DNA of 64,000 nucleotides from Candidatus Hydrogenedentota bacterium (GCA_045863335.1 BTVY01000001.1:136671-200670); one strand, 5' to 3'. Counted from the stretch's first letter, positions 1-9,867 are shown. The notes: a model not told the origin generated them from the sequence alone. A program made the numbers and translations.

Positions 1-333
1 GGCCAAACGAGACAAATGCGGCATGTGACCGGCGATGGCCAAATCGCGTTCGTGCGATTCCAAAACCCGAGCGATAGTTGTTGCGTCATCGTTTGGTTTG
101 AGCCCTGTCTCCTCGACCGGCCTGCAACCGGGCGCGATCTGTTCGGCAACCAGCCGGGCGGTTTGCGCGGCCCGCGTCTTGCCGCTATGCCACACTCCGT
201 CGACGGTGACGCCGCTGCATTTCACGAATCGCGCCACGCGCCGCACGCATTCGACTCCGGAAGCGGCAAGGGGTCTGTCGGGGTCCATTTCTTTGTCCAC
301 GGCTTCGCCGTGTTGAATGAGCAGGAGTTTCAT
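1..333 (-). CDS. sixA: Phosphohistidine phosphatase SixA (3' end runs off window; not in ORF track)
   Basis: Manual translation from ATG at 333: MKLLLIQHGEAVDKEMDPDRPLAASG...VWHSGKTRAAQTA...GLKPNDD...IAGHMPHLSRLA, the SixA-type histidine phosphatase motifs; GAAGG RBS upstream. Confidence 0.88.
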   Translation of the reverse strand, partial: MKLLLIQHGEAVDKEMDPDRPLAASGVECVRRVARFVKCSGVTVDGVWHSGKTRAAQTARLVAEQIAPGCRPVEETGLKPNDDATTIARVLESHERDLAIAGHMPHLSRLA

Positions 334-420
334 GTCCGGCACCTTCCTTCACGCCTGATTCGCCTGTATTAATCACGGTTGCTATAGTATACCCTCCTGT
401 CAGCAGCGGCCAAAGGGGAG

Positions 421-1908
421 ATGCGGATGGCGACGTATGAATCGTACGGATTGGCTCCTGAACTGGACGGAGCGCTGGATTGGATTAACTGCGACGCGCC
501 CTTGCGCCTAGCCGATCTGCGCGGCAAGATCGTGCTCATCGATTTCTGGACGTCCTGCTGCGTGAATTGCATGCATGTGCTCTCCGATCTGGAGTATTTG
601 GAAAGAAAGTACCCAAATCAGCTCATCGTAGTCGGAGTTCACGCCGGAAAATTTGAGAACGAGCGGCACACGGAGAACCTGCGGCACGCCGTCCTCCGCA
701 ATCGCATCACGCACCCCGTCGCGAACGACGGGGAGTACCGGATCTGGAAAGCGTACGGAGCGCAGGCGTGGCCGACGTTGTGCCTCATCGATCCGGCTGG
801 CGAAGTGGTTGTTGCCTTTTCCGGCGAGGGGCATCGAGATGAGCTGGAAGAGGCCATCGAGAACCTCATCAGCTATCACCGGGCGCAGGAGACGCTTGAC
901 GAAACACCTCTGATTTTTGGTACGCGAGAAGCTATGCCCAACACGACTTCGCTGCTTTTCCCTGGCAAGGTTCTCGCAGACGCGGAGGGCGGTCGCCTGT
1001 TCATTGCGGATACGAACCATCATCGGATTCTGATCTGCAATTTCGATGGCCAGGTGAAGGATTGTGTTGGAGTTTGTGATCGTGGATTTGAGGACGGATC
1101 GTTTGAGGAAGCGCGATTACACCGGCCCCAGGGAATGGCGATTCGTGACAACGTACTTTACGTGGCGGATACGGAGAACCACGCAATCCGGGCGGTGCAC
1201 TTGGCCGCTCGGCGAGTCTCGACCTTCGGGGGGACGGGCGTCCAAGGGGACTTTCGATCCATGTCCGGGGGACCGGATGCGCTTCTGAGTTCCCCGTGGG
1301 ACGTAGCGATTGACGACAACATCCTTTATGTGGCCATGGCGGGGTCGCATCAGATCTGGCGTGCGGCGGTGGAAACGCGCAACTTTCGATTGTTCGCCGG
1401 GTCCGGCGTCGAGAACATCGTCGACGGCCCGGGCCCGTCGGCGCAACTGGCGCAACCGAGCGGACTGGCGCTGGCCGGGCAGTATCTGTATTTTGCCGAC
1501 AGCGAGGTCAGCGCGATCCGCCGCTGCAACCTTCGCGCGTCCGGCGAGGTGGAAACGCTTGTCGGATCGGGGCTTTTCGAGTTCGGCGACCGCGTCGGCC
1601 CGGCGCGAACCGCGCGATTGCAGCATCCACTGGGGGTGTGTTGGCACGACGGCAAACTGTTCATCGCCGATACCTTCAACCACCGCGTTAAGATCTTCTT
1701 CCCCGCAGACCGGACGGTCGACAACTTTGCCGGCACTGGAAAACCGATGGCCGGCGAGGGGTTGGACGCAGGATTTAACGAACCCTCCGGTCTGACGGTA
1801 TGCGATGGGAGGCTGTACGTGGCGGATACAAACAACCACCGCATTGCGACAGTGGACTTGGAAACGCGAGCGATCGCAACGTTCCCGCTGCAGTTTCCGC
1901 AGTCGTAG
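421..1908 (+). CDS. Thioredoxin-like + NHL-repeat beta-propeller protein (NHLRC2/SOQ1-like)
   Basis: DFWTSCCVNC thioredoxin-like motif, WPT cis-Pro, repeated IADTNHHRI / VADTENHAIR / FADSE NHL repeats. Confidence 0.92.
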   Translation: MRMATYESYGLAPELDGALDWINCDAPLRLADLRGKIVLIDFWTSCCVNCMHVLSDLEYLERKYPNQLIVVGVHAGKFENERHTENLRHAVLRNRITHPVANDGEYRIWKAYGAQAWPTLCLIDPAGEVVVAFSGEGHRDELEEAIENLISYHRAQETLDETPLIFGTREAMPNTTSLLFPGKVLADAEGGRLFIADTNHHRILICNFDGQVKDCVGVCDRGFEDGSFEEARLHRPQGMAIRDNVLYVADTENHAIRAVHLAARRVSTFGGTGVQGDFRSMSGGPDALLSSPWDVAIDDNILYVAMAGSHQIWRAAVETRNFRLFAGSGVENIVDGPGPSAQLAQPSGLALAGQYLYFADSEVSAIRRCNLRASGEVETLVGSGLFEFGDRVGPARTARLQHPLGVCWHDGKLFIADTFNHRVKIFFPADRTVDNFAGTGKPMAGEGLDAGFNEPSGLTVCDGRLYVADTNNHRIATVDLETRAIATFPLQFPQS

Positions 1909-1912
1909 CGTC

Positions 1913-2251
1913 TCAGCGCGAGTCCACGGCTTCGCGCATCCGCTCGGTCCGAATGCCGTGGTGGGAAGCAGTCCACGCACACTGCCCGTCGCGAACCAGA
2001 ATCACTTGGGGCGATTTGTGGGCAACCCCCAGTACCTCCGCAATCTTATTCGAGACGGGACGCTCTTCGATTACTTTGACCAGATACACTTCCGGATCTT
2101 CGGCGCCTGTGGCTGTGGCGTATTCCGCAACCTCTCGATAGGCTGCGGCGGAGATGGGGCAGGCCGTAGAGTGCTTGAAGATGAACAGGGGCCGTTCGCT
2201 GGACGCGCTCAGGCACGCGTCGAGCGATTCGAAGGTATCAAGTGGTTTCAC
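1913..2251 (-). CDS. ytxJ: Bacillithiol-system monothiol redox protein YtxJ family
   Basis: FKHSTACPIS and HKSPQVIL motifs; GTG start at 2251 preceded by GAGGA chosen over track ATG 2320. Confidence 0.88.
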   Translation of the reverse strand: MKPLDTFESLDACLSASSERPLFIFKHSTACPISAAAYREVAEYATATGAEDPEVYLVKVIEERPVSNKIAEVLGVAHKSPQVILVRDGQCAWTASHHGIRTERMREAVDSR

Positions 2252-2338
2252 GTTGGTTTCCTCAAGCGATGGGCCGGAACCCTCGCCTAATGCACGTAGT
2301 ATGTTTCGAATGATGCGCATTGTAGCATCCGCAGCGAA

Positions 2339-3745
2339 TCAGAACAGCAACACTTCGATTCGCTCTTTGTTGGCGATGCCGGGATGATAGATGACGATAT
2401 CCTCGGCCTTATTACCGTCGAGGTTGTGTGCCTTGGCAATCCCGAAGGAAGGAACCTCGACGGTGAGGTACGGCTTCGACGCAATAAACTCGCTGCCGCC
2501 GCCGGCCTGAAGATGCAACTTGTTCGATCCCGCGCCAAAAGCCGCGTCGGTGTTGCCGTCGCCATTGAAGTCGCCCAGGCAGTAGGCCGCCTGCTCCTTC
2601 CCTTCCGGGGCTTCAATGGAGACGCTCGCGGTGAAATTCGGCTTCGCGGGGAAGCCTTTTCCATCGAACAAGTAGATTTCGAGATCGACACCGAGCTTCT
2701 TCCACACGAATAGGTTGACGAAGAACTTGACGCCGAACGGGATGTTGACGAAGACGATGTCCTCCATCGTGTCGCCGTTCACGTCCTTAAGGATGGGCGC
2801 CGCGAAGGACCCACTGGACTCGAAGGTCGCGGTCGGCGTGTCGGAGTAGGTCATCGGGCCGGTGGCGAGATAGACCTGAGTAAGCGCCTTAAGATTGATT
2901 GTGCCTTGAGTCTGGGTGACGATCAGGTCGGGCATGCCGTTCCCGTCGATGTCCTTCATGTTGGAACTGGTGTCCCATTTCTCATCGAGATCGATGGGAA
3001 TGCGAAACCGCTTGTGTTCCGTCCAGTTGTCTCCGTAGGCGAAGTCGGCATACTCGTCGCTCAGAAACGCGATCCCTTTTCGAGGAGACTCGCCCTGCGC
3101 GAAGGTGGCGTAGGCCGGGTACCGATTGCTGATGGAAATACCGGAACCGGTGCGAATCGTGCTGTTCACATCGCAGCGAATGTTGGCGAGGAGGCCATCT
3201 GCGTTCCGTACGGCGAACCCGGAAGGCATCGGCACGAACCACTCGTCGATGCCGTCGCCGTCGAGGTCGGCGGCGGCGTCCTTCAGAAACCCGGGTTCCC
3301 GGGAACCGCTGGGGAACAGCGACACGAAAGGAACTTCGCGCACGGGCACCAGCTTACCGTCCCAGAAGCCATACGCGGTTACACCCTCAGCATCGGCCGC
3401 CAGAATTTCTTTCGGAGCGGCACCATCGATCTCTGCCTCGAACAGCACGCCGACGGTTGGATTCAAAACGGTTTGAATGTTGGGCTTGGCCGGGTATCCC
3501 CCACTCTCGTCACTCAAGAAGGTGGCAATGAATTTATTGAGGGGTTCCGAATCCTCATCGCAACACAAGGCGACGACGTCGCTGCGTCCGTCGCCGTTCA
3601 CGTCCATCGTGGCGACATCCCAGACGCTTACGCCGGCGTGCAAGGCGAATTGGCGCGGTTGCTCGGCCGCTAGCGCAGCGGAAGAGAACGCGAGGAGTAG
3701 CGTGATTCCCATGAAAGTACATCCGTGATGCAGGCGATGTGCCAT
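2339..3745 (-). CDS. Secreted FG-GAP/VCBS repeat protein
   Basis: Repeated DVNGDGRSD, DLDGDGIDE, DIDGNGMPDL, GDFNGDGNTD motifs; signal peptide ...LLLAFSSAALAA; start 3745 or 3712. Confidence 0.85.
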   Translation of the reverse strand: MAHRLHHGCTFMGITLLLAFSSAALAAEQPRQFALHAGVSVWDVATMDVNGDGRSDVVALCCDEDSEPLNKFIATFLSDESGGYPAKPNIQTVLNPTVGVLFEAEIDGAAPKEILAADAEGVTAYGFWDGKLVPVREVPFVSLFPSGSREPGFLKDAAADLDGDGIDEWFVPMPSGFAVRNADGLLANIRCDVNSTIRTGSGISISNRYPAYATFAQGESPRKGIAFLSDEYADFAYGDNWTEHKRFRIPIDLDEKWDTSSNMKDIDGNGMPDLIVTQTQGTINLKALTQVYLATGPMTYSDTPTATFESSGSFAAPILKDVNGDTMEDIVFVNIPFGVKFFVNLFVWKKLGVDLEIYLFDGKGFPAKPNFTASVSIEAPEGKEQAAYCLGDFNGDGNTDAAFGAGSNKLHLQAGGGSEFIASKPYLTVEVPSFGIAKAHNLDGNKAEDIVIYHPGIANKERIEVLLF

Positions 3746-4040
3746 TAGAAACACAGTTCGAATGCGTTGATCGGAAAGTTCGTCGCTATCGGGCGGTCCC
3801 AAGACGATCTGCCGGCCGACGTATGAAAGTTTAGACCGAGCAACGGGCCACGCCGTTTCATTGACGATATCGCGGCGGGTCATGACTGGTCAAGTTGGGC
3901 CTGTTCTGTCGGTTGAATCTGGACGAGAACGTCGGCGAAATCTTCACAAACAGATCGAAACCGTTAACCCCATGGAAGTGTGAATTCGATGTCCGCCACG
4001 CCGTACAATTCGCGGGGGTCCCGTCTGAAAGGAGTTCGAC

Positions 4041-6440
4041 ATGAGTCCAACGTTGTCAGCCCTTACCGCAACCGTGATGGTGCTTGCGAGCGACGTAACG
4101 CCGCAGTTTCTTGGCGCGAAGCCCGTGTGGCCCGAAGGTCGCGAGACGGAGATGAATCTGTCTATCGGCTTCTATGGCTCGTTCGAGGCGCAACCGGAGG
4201 AACCGGTTACCTTGCGGCTCACGGGGTCAACGTTGTATCGCGTGTTTCTCAATGGCGAGTTCGTGTGCCATGGCCCGGCGCGGGCGTGTCACGGGTACTT
4301 TCGCGTAGACGAGTTGGACCTTACTCCTCGACTTCAGGACGGGGCAAACACGCTGGCCATCGAGGTGGCAGGGTACAACGTGAACAGCTATTACCTGATG
4401 GACCAGCCGGCGTTTCTTCAGGCCGAGGTCACGCAGGGTGCTCGCGTATTGTGCGGAACCGGTGTCGAAATCAATGCTCTGGTTGCCCGTATCATTCCGG
4501 AACGGGTGCAAAGGGTGCAGCGCTATAGTTTTCAACGGCCGTTTATCGAGGTCTATCGTCTGGAGCATGCTTGGGACCGCTGGCGGACAAACGGCGGCAC
4601 GGACTCCGTCGCGTGCGCCATCCAGCCTCAGTACCCGCTGCTACCGCGACGCGTGTCTCATCCCACCTACACGAGACGCCCGGCCATGACGATCGGCGTA
4701 TCCGGCACGGTCGAGGTTGGAGGCGAACCTTCGCAGATGTGGAAAGATCGGTCGCTGGTGAATATCGGACCGGCCCTCAAGGGGTATCCCGAGTCAGAAC
4801 TCGAGGTCATCCCGTCCATTGAGTTGCAGAAGTTTCTGTACGCTGAAACCGGAAAGGGCGAAGCGATTTGGACGCCGTCATCCGAAATCACGTTGAACGC
4901 GGGGCATTATCAAATCGTCGATTTGGGCACCAACCTGTCCGGGTTCATCGGCGCCACGGTGACCTGCGAAACGGCGATGCGATTGTATGTGACCTTCGAC
5001 GAAATCCTGTCCAACGGCGACGTGGACTTCAAGCGGCTGGGATGCGTCAATGCGCTGTTGTTCGAGCTGGAACCCGGGACCTACACCCTGGAGTCCTTTG
5101 AACCCTACACGGCCCGCTACCTCAAGTTCATTGCGCTGGATGGCCCGTGCACGATTTCCAACGTGTACCTAAGGGAGTACGTCAATCCCGACACGCACAG
5201 CGCTCACTTCGCGGCGAGCGATGAGCGGCTAAACCGGCTCTTTGAAGCTGGCCGGGAGACCTTTGCGCAGAACGCGGTCGATGTATTCATGGATTGCCCT
5301 TCCCGTGAGCGGGCGGGGTGGCTCGGAGACAGCCTCTTCACGGCGCGAACGGCGTTCGATCTCGGCGGCACGACCGCGGTGGAACAGAACTTCTATGAGA
5401 ATTTCCTGCTTCCCGAACGGTTTGAACACCTGCCGGAAGGCATGCTGCCCATGTGCTACCCGGCAGACCACAACGACGGCGTTTTCATTCCGAATTGGGC
5501 CATGTGGTTCGTCATTCAATTGGAGGAGTACCTGGCGAGGAGCGAAGACCGCGCGACGATCGACGCGTTGGAACCGAGAATCATGGCGCTGTTGGACTAT
5601 TTTGAGAAGTTCCGTAACGAAGACGGGCTGTTGGAGAAGTTGGAGAGCTGGGTTTTCGTTGAGTGGTCGGAGGCGAACAAGTTTGTCCAGGATGTGAATT
5701 ATCCGTCCAACATGCTGTACGCAGCAGTGCTTTCGGCAGCCGGCCGTTTATACGACAGGCCCGATTTGCTCGAAGAGGCGGAGCGTTTGCGCGGTGTGAT
5801 TCTTGAGCAATCCTTCGATGGCGCGTTCTTCGTGGATAACGCATTGCGCGAGAACGGGGCGCTATCCGTCACCCGGAATCGCAGCGAGATCTGCCAGTAT
5901 TACGCGTTCTTTTTCGATGTCGCGACGCCGGAGAGTCATCCGGAATTGTGGGAACGTCTCTGCACGCAGTTCGGCCCGGATCGTAAGGAGACCAAGGCGT
6001 TCGAAGAGGTCCACTTTGCAAACTCCTTTATGGGCAACATGCTTCGGTTCGAGATTCTCTCGCGCTACGGACACGGCGCGCAGATACTGCCGGAATCGAT
6101 CGGATACCTCCTCTACATGGCGGACCTTACCGGCACGCTTTGGGAAAACGACTCGGTTGCGGCAAGCTGTAATCACGGATTCGCGTCGCACATCGTGCAT
6201 ACGCTGTACCGCGACGTGCTGGGTCTGTACGCGGTAGATCCCGTCCGGAAGACCATCACGATTCGGATTTCGGACGTTTCGCTGGATTGGTGCGAAGGTC
6301 GAAAGCCCGTGCCCGAAGGCTTCGTCAGCATGCGCTGGCGGAGGGAGGACGGCGCGGTTCGATACCGCATCGACGCACCGGCGGGGTACGCAGTTTCCGT
6401 GGAAAACAGAACCGGGATAGACGTCGTCCGCGAACCGTAA
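4041..6440 (+). CDS. Alpha-L-rhamnosidase-like glycoside hydrolase (GH78)
   Basis: DCPSRERAGWLGD catalytic motif, N-terminal NGEFV..GP domain, TLWE and SCNHG C-terminal motifs; AAGGAG RBS. Confidence 0.88.
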   Translation: MSPTLSALTATVMVLASDVTPQFLGAKPVWPEGRETEMNLSIGFYGSFEAQPEEPVTLRLTGSTLYRVFLNGEFVCHGPARACHGYFRVDELDLTPRLQDGANTLAIEVAGYNVNSYYLMDQPAFLQAEVTQGARVLCGTGVEINALVARIIPERVQRVQRYSFQRPFIEVYRLEHAWDRWRTNGGTDSVACAIQPQYPLLPRRVSHPTYTRRPAMTIGVSGTVEVGGEPSQMWKDRSLVNIGPALKGYPESELEVIPSIELQKFLYAETGKGEAIWTPSSEITLNAGHYQIVDLGTNLSGFIGATVTCETAMRLYVTFDEILSNGDVDFKRLGCVNALLFELEPGTYTLESFEPYTARYLKFIALDGPCTISNVYLREYVNPDTHSAHFAASDERLNRLFEAGRETFAQNAVDVFMDCPSRERAGWLGDSLFTARTAFDLGGTTAVEQNFYENFLLPERFEHLPEGMLPMCYPADHNDGVFIPNWAMWFVIQLEEYLARSEDRATIDALEPRIMALLDYFEKFRNEDGLLEKLESWVFVEWSEANKFVQDVNYPSNMLYAAVLSAAGRLYDRPDLLEEAERLRGVILEQSFDGAFFVDNALRENGALSVTRNRSEICQYYAFFFDVATPESHPELWERLCTQFGPDRKETKAFEEVHFANSFMGNMLRFEILSRYGHGAQILPESIGYLLYMADLTGTLWENDSVAASCNHGFASHIVHTLYRDVLGLYAVDPVRKTITIRISDVSLDWCEGRKPVPEGFVSMRWRREDGAVRYRIDAPAGYAVSVENRTGIDVVREP

Positions 6441-6447
6441 GGCAGCG

Positions 6448-7677
6448 TCAGGGCAACACGACGTTGGCGAAGGAGACGATGCCTCCGGAGGGATCTGGGG
6501 CGTAGTCGTAGTGGACGATTTCACCGGCATCCACGAGGCCTTCCACGCACTTCATGGTCGAGTAGATGCAGTTTAGCCCGCAGATGCGGCGCTGGTTCTC
6601 ATCCATCATGACAGATTGATACCAACCTTCGGGATTCATGTCCGCGACGTGCTTCAAATCGCCGGCATCGCGCGCACTCACTTGCTCGATGATTGCGTCG
6701 TCCACGTCAAAATCGTCGCCGAAAGTCGGGCCTACGTGGGAAAGGTCGGCACTGGCAATGACGGTGATGCGTTTGTCCGATTCCGCAAAGGCCCGTTTAC
6801 ACCGTGCGAGAAACTCGCGGACGCTACCGTCCACATCCGGTTCTAGGCCGTCACGTTCGGAGAGAAAAGGGCCGCAAAGTATGGGGAGGATCTTCACGGA
6901 CGGCCCGTACAGGTAGGCGAGCATGACCGCCTGGAACTCGATCGAATGTTCGGTGCGATGGACGATCTCGTGCTCGAGGGGGTCCCAATCGAGACCGTCG
7001 CAGATTCGATCGAGCAACTCCACATCCACGTCAAGGGTCCCGAAGGGAGTCTCAAATCCCTTTCGGGTCATCACGAAAGGGACCGGAGGTCCGGCATGGG
7101 CAACGCCGAAGATCACGACCGTATCGGGGCGTCCCGAGGCTGCCATTCGCGCGAACCCGTGGGCGTAAGTCTGTCCACCTCGTTCGAAATCGATGTGGGG
7201 CACGACGAGCGCCCGCAGCGGCGTCCCGTCCTTGGCGAGTTCTTTGGGCGCCTGGCCCGGGCCGCTGGAGCGGGAAAACAGCGCATCCACGTAGGTTCGC
7301 AGCTCAGAGGCATCGGCGGGATAGGACTTCCCCGCGAGATACGCGGGCCGGACTGCCGATTCGCGAAACGTGTTGTGTACGGTTTCTCGGCGCTCCAGAA
7401 ACGCGGGGGTCAGGAGATAGCCATGATCATCGAGAAAGGAAACGACCTGTTCGACGTCGCCGTCACGAAGTGTACGGCCGCCGGTGGACAGGGAGAAGGC
7501 GCGCTGAATTTGCTCGGCGTCTGACTGGCCATCGAGCTGAGACGCGATGAAGAACCCCGCGGGGCTAAGCAGGATGGGTTCTTCCACGATCCCTTCGGGA
7601 TCGCGGAGGCAGACGAGGGTCTGACCTTCATGTTCGACTTGGGTTACGTCGACGTATCGGAGCGGAGGCAGCGCCAT
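6448..7677 (-). CDS. MEMO1-family protein (AmmeMemoRadiSam system protein B-like) with ~100-aa N-terminal extra domain
   Basis: RPAYLAGKSYP, VPHID, GVAH, EHSIEFQ, ASADLSHVG and ICG motifs of the MEMO family. Confidence 0.9.
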   Translation of the reverse strand: MALPPLRYVDVTQVEHEGQTLVCLRDPEGIVEEPILLSPAGFFIASQLDGQSDAEQIQRAFSLSTGGRTLRDGDVEQVVSFLDDHGYLLTPAFLERRETVHNTFRESAVRPAYLAGKSYPADASELRTYVDALFSRSSGPGQAPKELAKDGTPLRALVVPHIDFERGGQTYAHGFARMAASGRPDTVVIFGVAHAGPPVPFVMTRKGFETPFGTLDVDVELLDRICDGLDWDPLEHEIVHRTEHSIEFQAVMLAYLYGPSVKILPILCGPFLSERDGLEPDVDGSVREFLARCKRAFAESDKRITVIASADLSHVGPTFGDDFDVDDAIIEQVSARDAGDLKHVADMNPEGWYQSVMMDENQRRICGLNCIYSTMKCVEGLVDAGEIVHYDYAPDPSGGIVSFANVVLP

Positions 7678-7686
7678 GGTGCCGAC

Positions 7687-7715
7687 ACTATATCGTCAGA
7701 AACCCGTTTTTGCAA
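7687..7715 (-). promoter_or_regulatory. Sigma70-type promoter for the MEMO gene
   Basis: Minus strand TTGCAA-17 nt-TATAGT, 9 nt before the ATG; no SD sequence. Confidence 0.6.
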
Positions 7716-7880
7716 TGGACCTTCTGTGCGGGGCGGAACCTAAAGCGTTTACAACGGATTAGTTACCAGTGAATAGACCGTACGGACTTTCGTCCGATAC
7801 TTGTGGTACCCGGTAACGGGGTCCGCAAAATGTGGTAAAGTTCAGTGGGTGTACGAACCTGGTGAAGAGGATTAGGAGCC

Positions 7881-8117
7881 ATGTTAACTCGTGTACTTGT
7901 ATTGAGTGCGCTTTGCGCGGTAGTCACGTTCGCGGGGTGCAATACGACGCCTACGCAGGACGGCGCAATCGCGGGCGGAGCCCTTGGTGCGGGCGCGGGC
8001 GCAATCATCGGCCACCAATCAGGCAAAGCGGGCGAAGGCGCCCTCATCGGAGCAGGCGTTGGAGCTTTGGGCGGCGCGTTGATTGGCGACCAGGTAGACG
8101 AACGGAAGCAGAAATAG
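7881..8117 (+). CDS. Glycine-zipper lipoprotein (copy 1)
   Basis: Lipobox FAGC, GxxxG-rich AGGALGAGAGAIIG / GALIGAGVGALGGALIG; AGGAG RBS. Confidence 0.88.
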   Translation: MLTRVLVLSALCAVVTFAGCNTTPTQDGAIAGGALGAGAGAIIGHQSGKAGEGALIGAGVGALGGALIGDQVDERKQK

Positions 8118-8138
8118 CGACACGGGGAGGTGTTCCCT

Positions 8139-8537
8139 ATGAGAATACGATTTACGGTGATGGGACTTACGATCGGCGCGTTGACGCTGGGCGGTTTGAC
8201 GGGATGTAACACGACGCCTACGCAGGACGGCGCAATTGCCGGCAGCGCGATCGGCGCAGGCGCCGGGGCCATCATCGGGCATCAGTCCGGTAAGGCCGGC
8301 GAAGGCGCATTGATCGGCGCGGGTGTCGGCGCGCTCACGGGCGCCTTGATCGGCGATCAGGTGGACGAGCGACGCGATCGCAAGGCTCGCCAACAGCAGC
8401 CTCAGGCCGCGCCGCCTCCGCAGCCGGCACCTGTCGCGCAGCCAGCCCCTTCTCAGACCGGACATTGGGAAACTCGTACCGTAAAGACGGAATCCGGTGA
8501 GACCTACGAGGAGCGGGTGTGGGTTCCCGGTTCCTGA
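8139..8537 (+). CDS. Glycine-zipper lipoprotein (copy 2) with Pro/Gln linker and GHWE...RVWVPG tail
   Basis: Lipobox LTGC; core 53/56 aa identical to copy 1; GGAGGT RBS 7 nt before ATG 8139. Confidence 0.88.
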   Translation: MRIRFTVMGLTIGALTLGGLTGCNTTPTQDGAIAGSAIGAGAGAIIGHQSGKAGEGALIGAGVGALTGALIGDQVDERRDRKARQQQPQAAPPPQPAPVAQPAPSQTGHWETRTVKTESGETYEERVWVPGS

Positions 8538-8649
8538 CGAGATACTTACATTTTTCGGCTAGCGTATCCGGTATGGCGTAGCAGGCGTCACGACGGCGGA
8601 TTCTCCAGTACTTGACAGGCACTCGTATGCGGACGAACGAGGAGAGCCC

Positions 8650-8973
8650 ATGATTCGGCAACGGCATTGGCGCATTGTGGGCGGTATTTGCCTGACCGGC
8701 TGCGGGGTAATGGCCGTCTACGGGGTAAACCTCAAGGTGACGGATATCGCTCCTTGGCTCTTTCTTGGCTATTGGGGTCTATTCCTGGTTCTCTTTTTCA
8801 TCGTGTTGTACTGCGTGCTGCTCGACCTTCGCTACATCCGAGCGGAGCACGCGATTTGGCAACGCGAAGTCTTCAATGAAACGCTCGGCGATGAGGAGTT
8901 TCGTCGCGCCCTACGGGAGGCGCAAGCGAATCCCCATCGAAAAAGTCCAGAAAAGGCCGACGAGAAATCCTGA
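8650..8973 (+). CDS. Small 2-TM membrane protein, unknown function
   Basis: Two hydrophobic segments followed by a charged tail; GAGGAG RBS. Confidence 0.7.
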   Translation: MIRQRHWRIVGGICLTGCGVMAVYGVNLKVTDIAPWLFLGYWGLFLVLFFIVLYCVLLDLRYIRAEHAIWQREVFNETLGDEEFRRALREAQANPHRKSPEKADEKS

Positions 8974-9016
8974 TGGGGTTGGGATTTCGTATTGGCGCCA
9001 AGGCAAAGGTAGCGAA

Positions 9017-9715
9017 TTGAGGCTCATTCTTTTCGACATCGATGGCACGTTGACGGCCACCAGCCAGATCGACAACGCCTGTTACGCGCGCGCGTTCCGG
9101 AAGACGTTTGGACGTGAGATCCCTACGACTGACTGGAACTGCTATACCCATGTCACGGATGTCGGCATACTTCAGGAACTGCTCGAACGCGAGCAAGGGG
9201 AGTTGCTGGAATCGGAAGATATCGCGCGATTCGAAGCGAACTATCGCCGCGAGCTTGAAGCCGCTTTTGTACGGAATCCGGAAGCGTTCCGCGGCGTCCC
9301 GGGTGCACGGCAAATGCTGCGTCGTCTCGCGTGTTCTTCGGATGTCGCGATCGCACTGGCCACGGGCGGCATGCGGCGTACGGCCCTGTTCAAGTTGAGC
9401 CGGGCGGGCATGGACGGATCGCGGCTCCCGGGAGCATTCGCCAACGACGCCATATCGCGGGCGGACATTGCCCGGACGGCCATCGCGAGGACTGAACGGG
9501 AACCGGACGACGTGGTCTATGTGGGAGACGGGGTTTGGGACGCGCGGACCGCCGCCGAACTAGGCGTTCGGTTTATTGGCGTCGTTCACGAGTCGGATCC
9601 GAGCGCGCTGCGCTGCTCTGGCGCAACGACCTTTATTTCGGACTTTGGAGACGCAGACGCCTTCTTCATTGCGCTGGAAACTGCGTCCGTGCCCGCTGCT
9701 ACGCGGCGTCACTAA
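9017..9715 (+). CDS. HAD-superfamily hydrolase/phosphatase
   Basis: ILFDIDGTL motif I, ATG motif II, YVGDGVWD motif IV; TTG start at 9017 inferred. Confidence 0.88.
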   Translation: MRLILFDIDGTLTATSQIDNACYARAFRKTFGREIPTTDWNCYTHVTDVGILQELLEREQGELLESEDIARFEANYRRELEAAFVRNPEAFRGVPGARQMLRRLACSSDVAIALATGGMRRTALFKLSRAGMDGSRLPGAFANDAISRADIARTAIARTEREPDDVVYVGDGVWDARTAAELGVRFIGVVHESDPSALRCSGATTFISDFGDADAFFIALETASVPAATRRH

Positions 9716-9867
9716 ACAGCCACTTCGCGCCCTAACTCAGCGCGCGCCAGTGTTTATTTCTTCATCGACGGCTGCTATCATGCATTTCAGCGGATGCTCG
9801 TCCGCGCTGGGCAACTATGGTCGTTTGCTATCGAAAGTTTCTGAGAGTCACAAAAATGGGTGGAATT

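Noticed and set aside
7881-8537. Glycine-rich small ORFs as RiPP precursors for the divergent RRE-like MEMO protein
   Set aside because: Both have lipoprotein signals and standard glycine-zipper cores, which explain them fully
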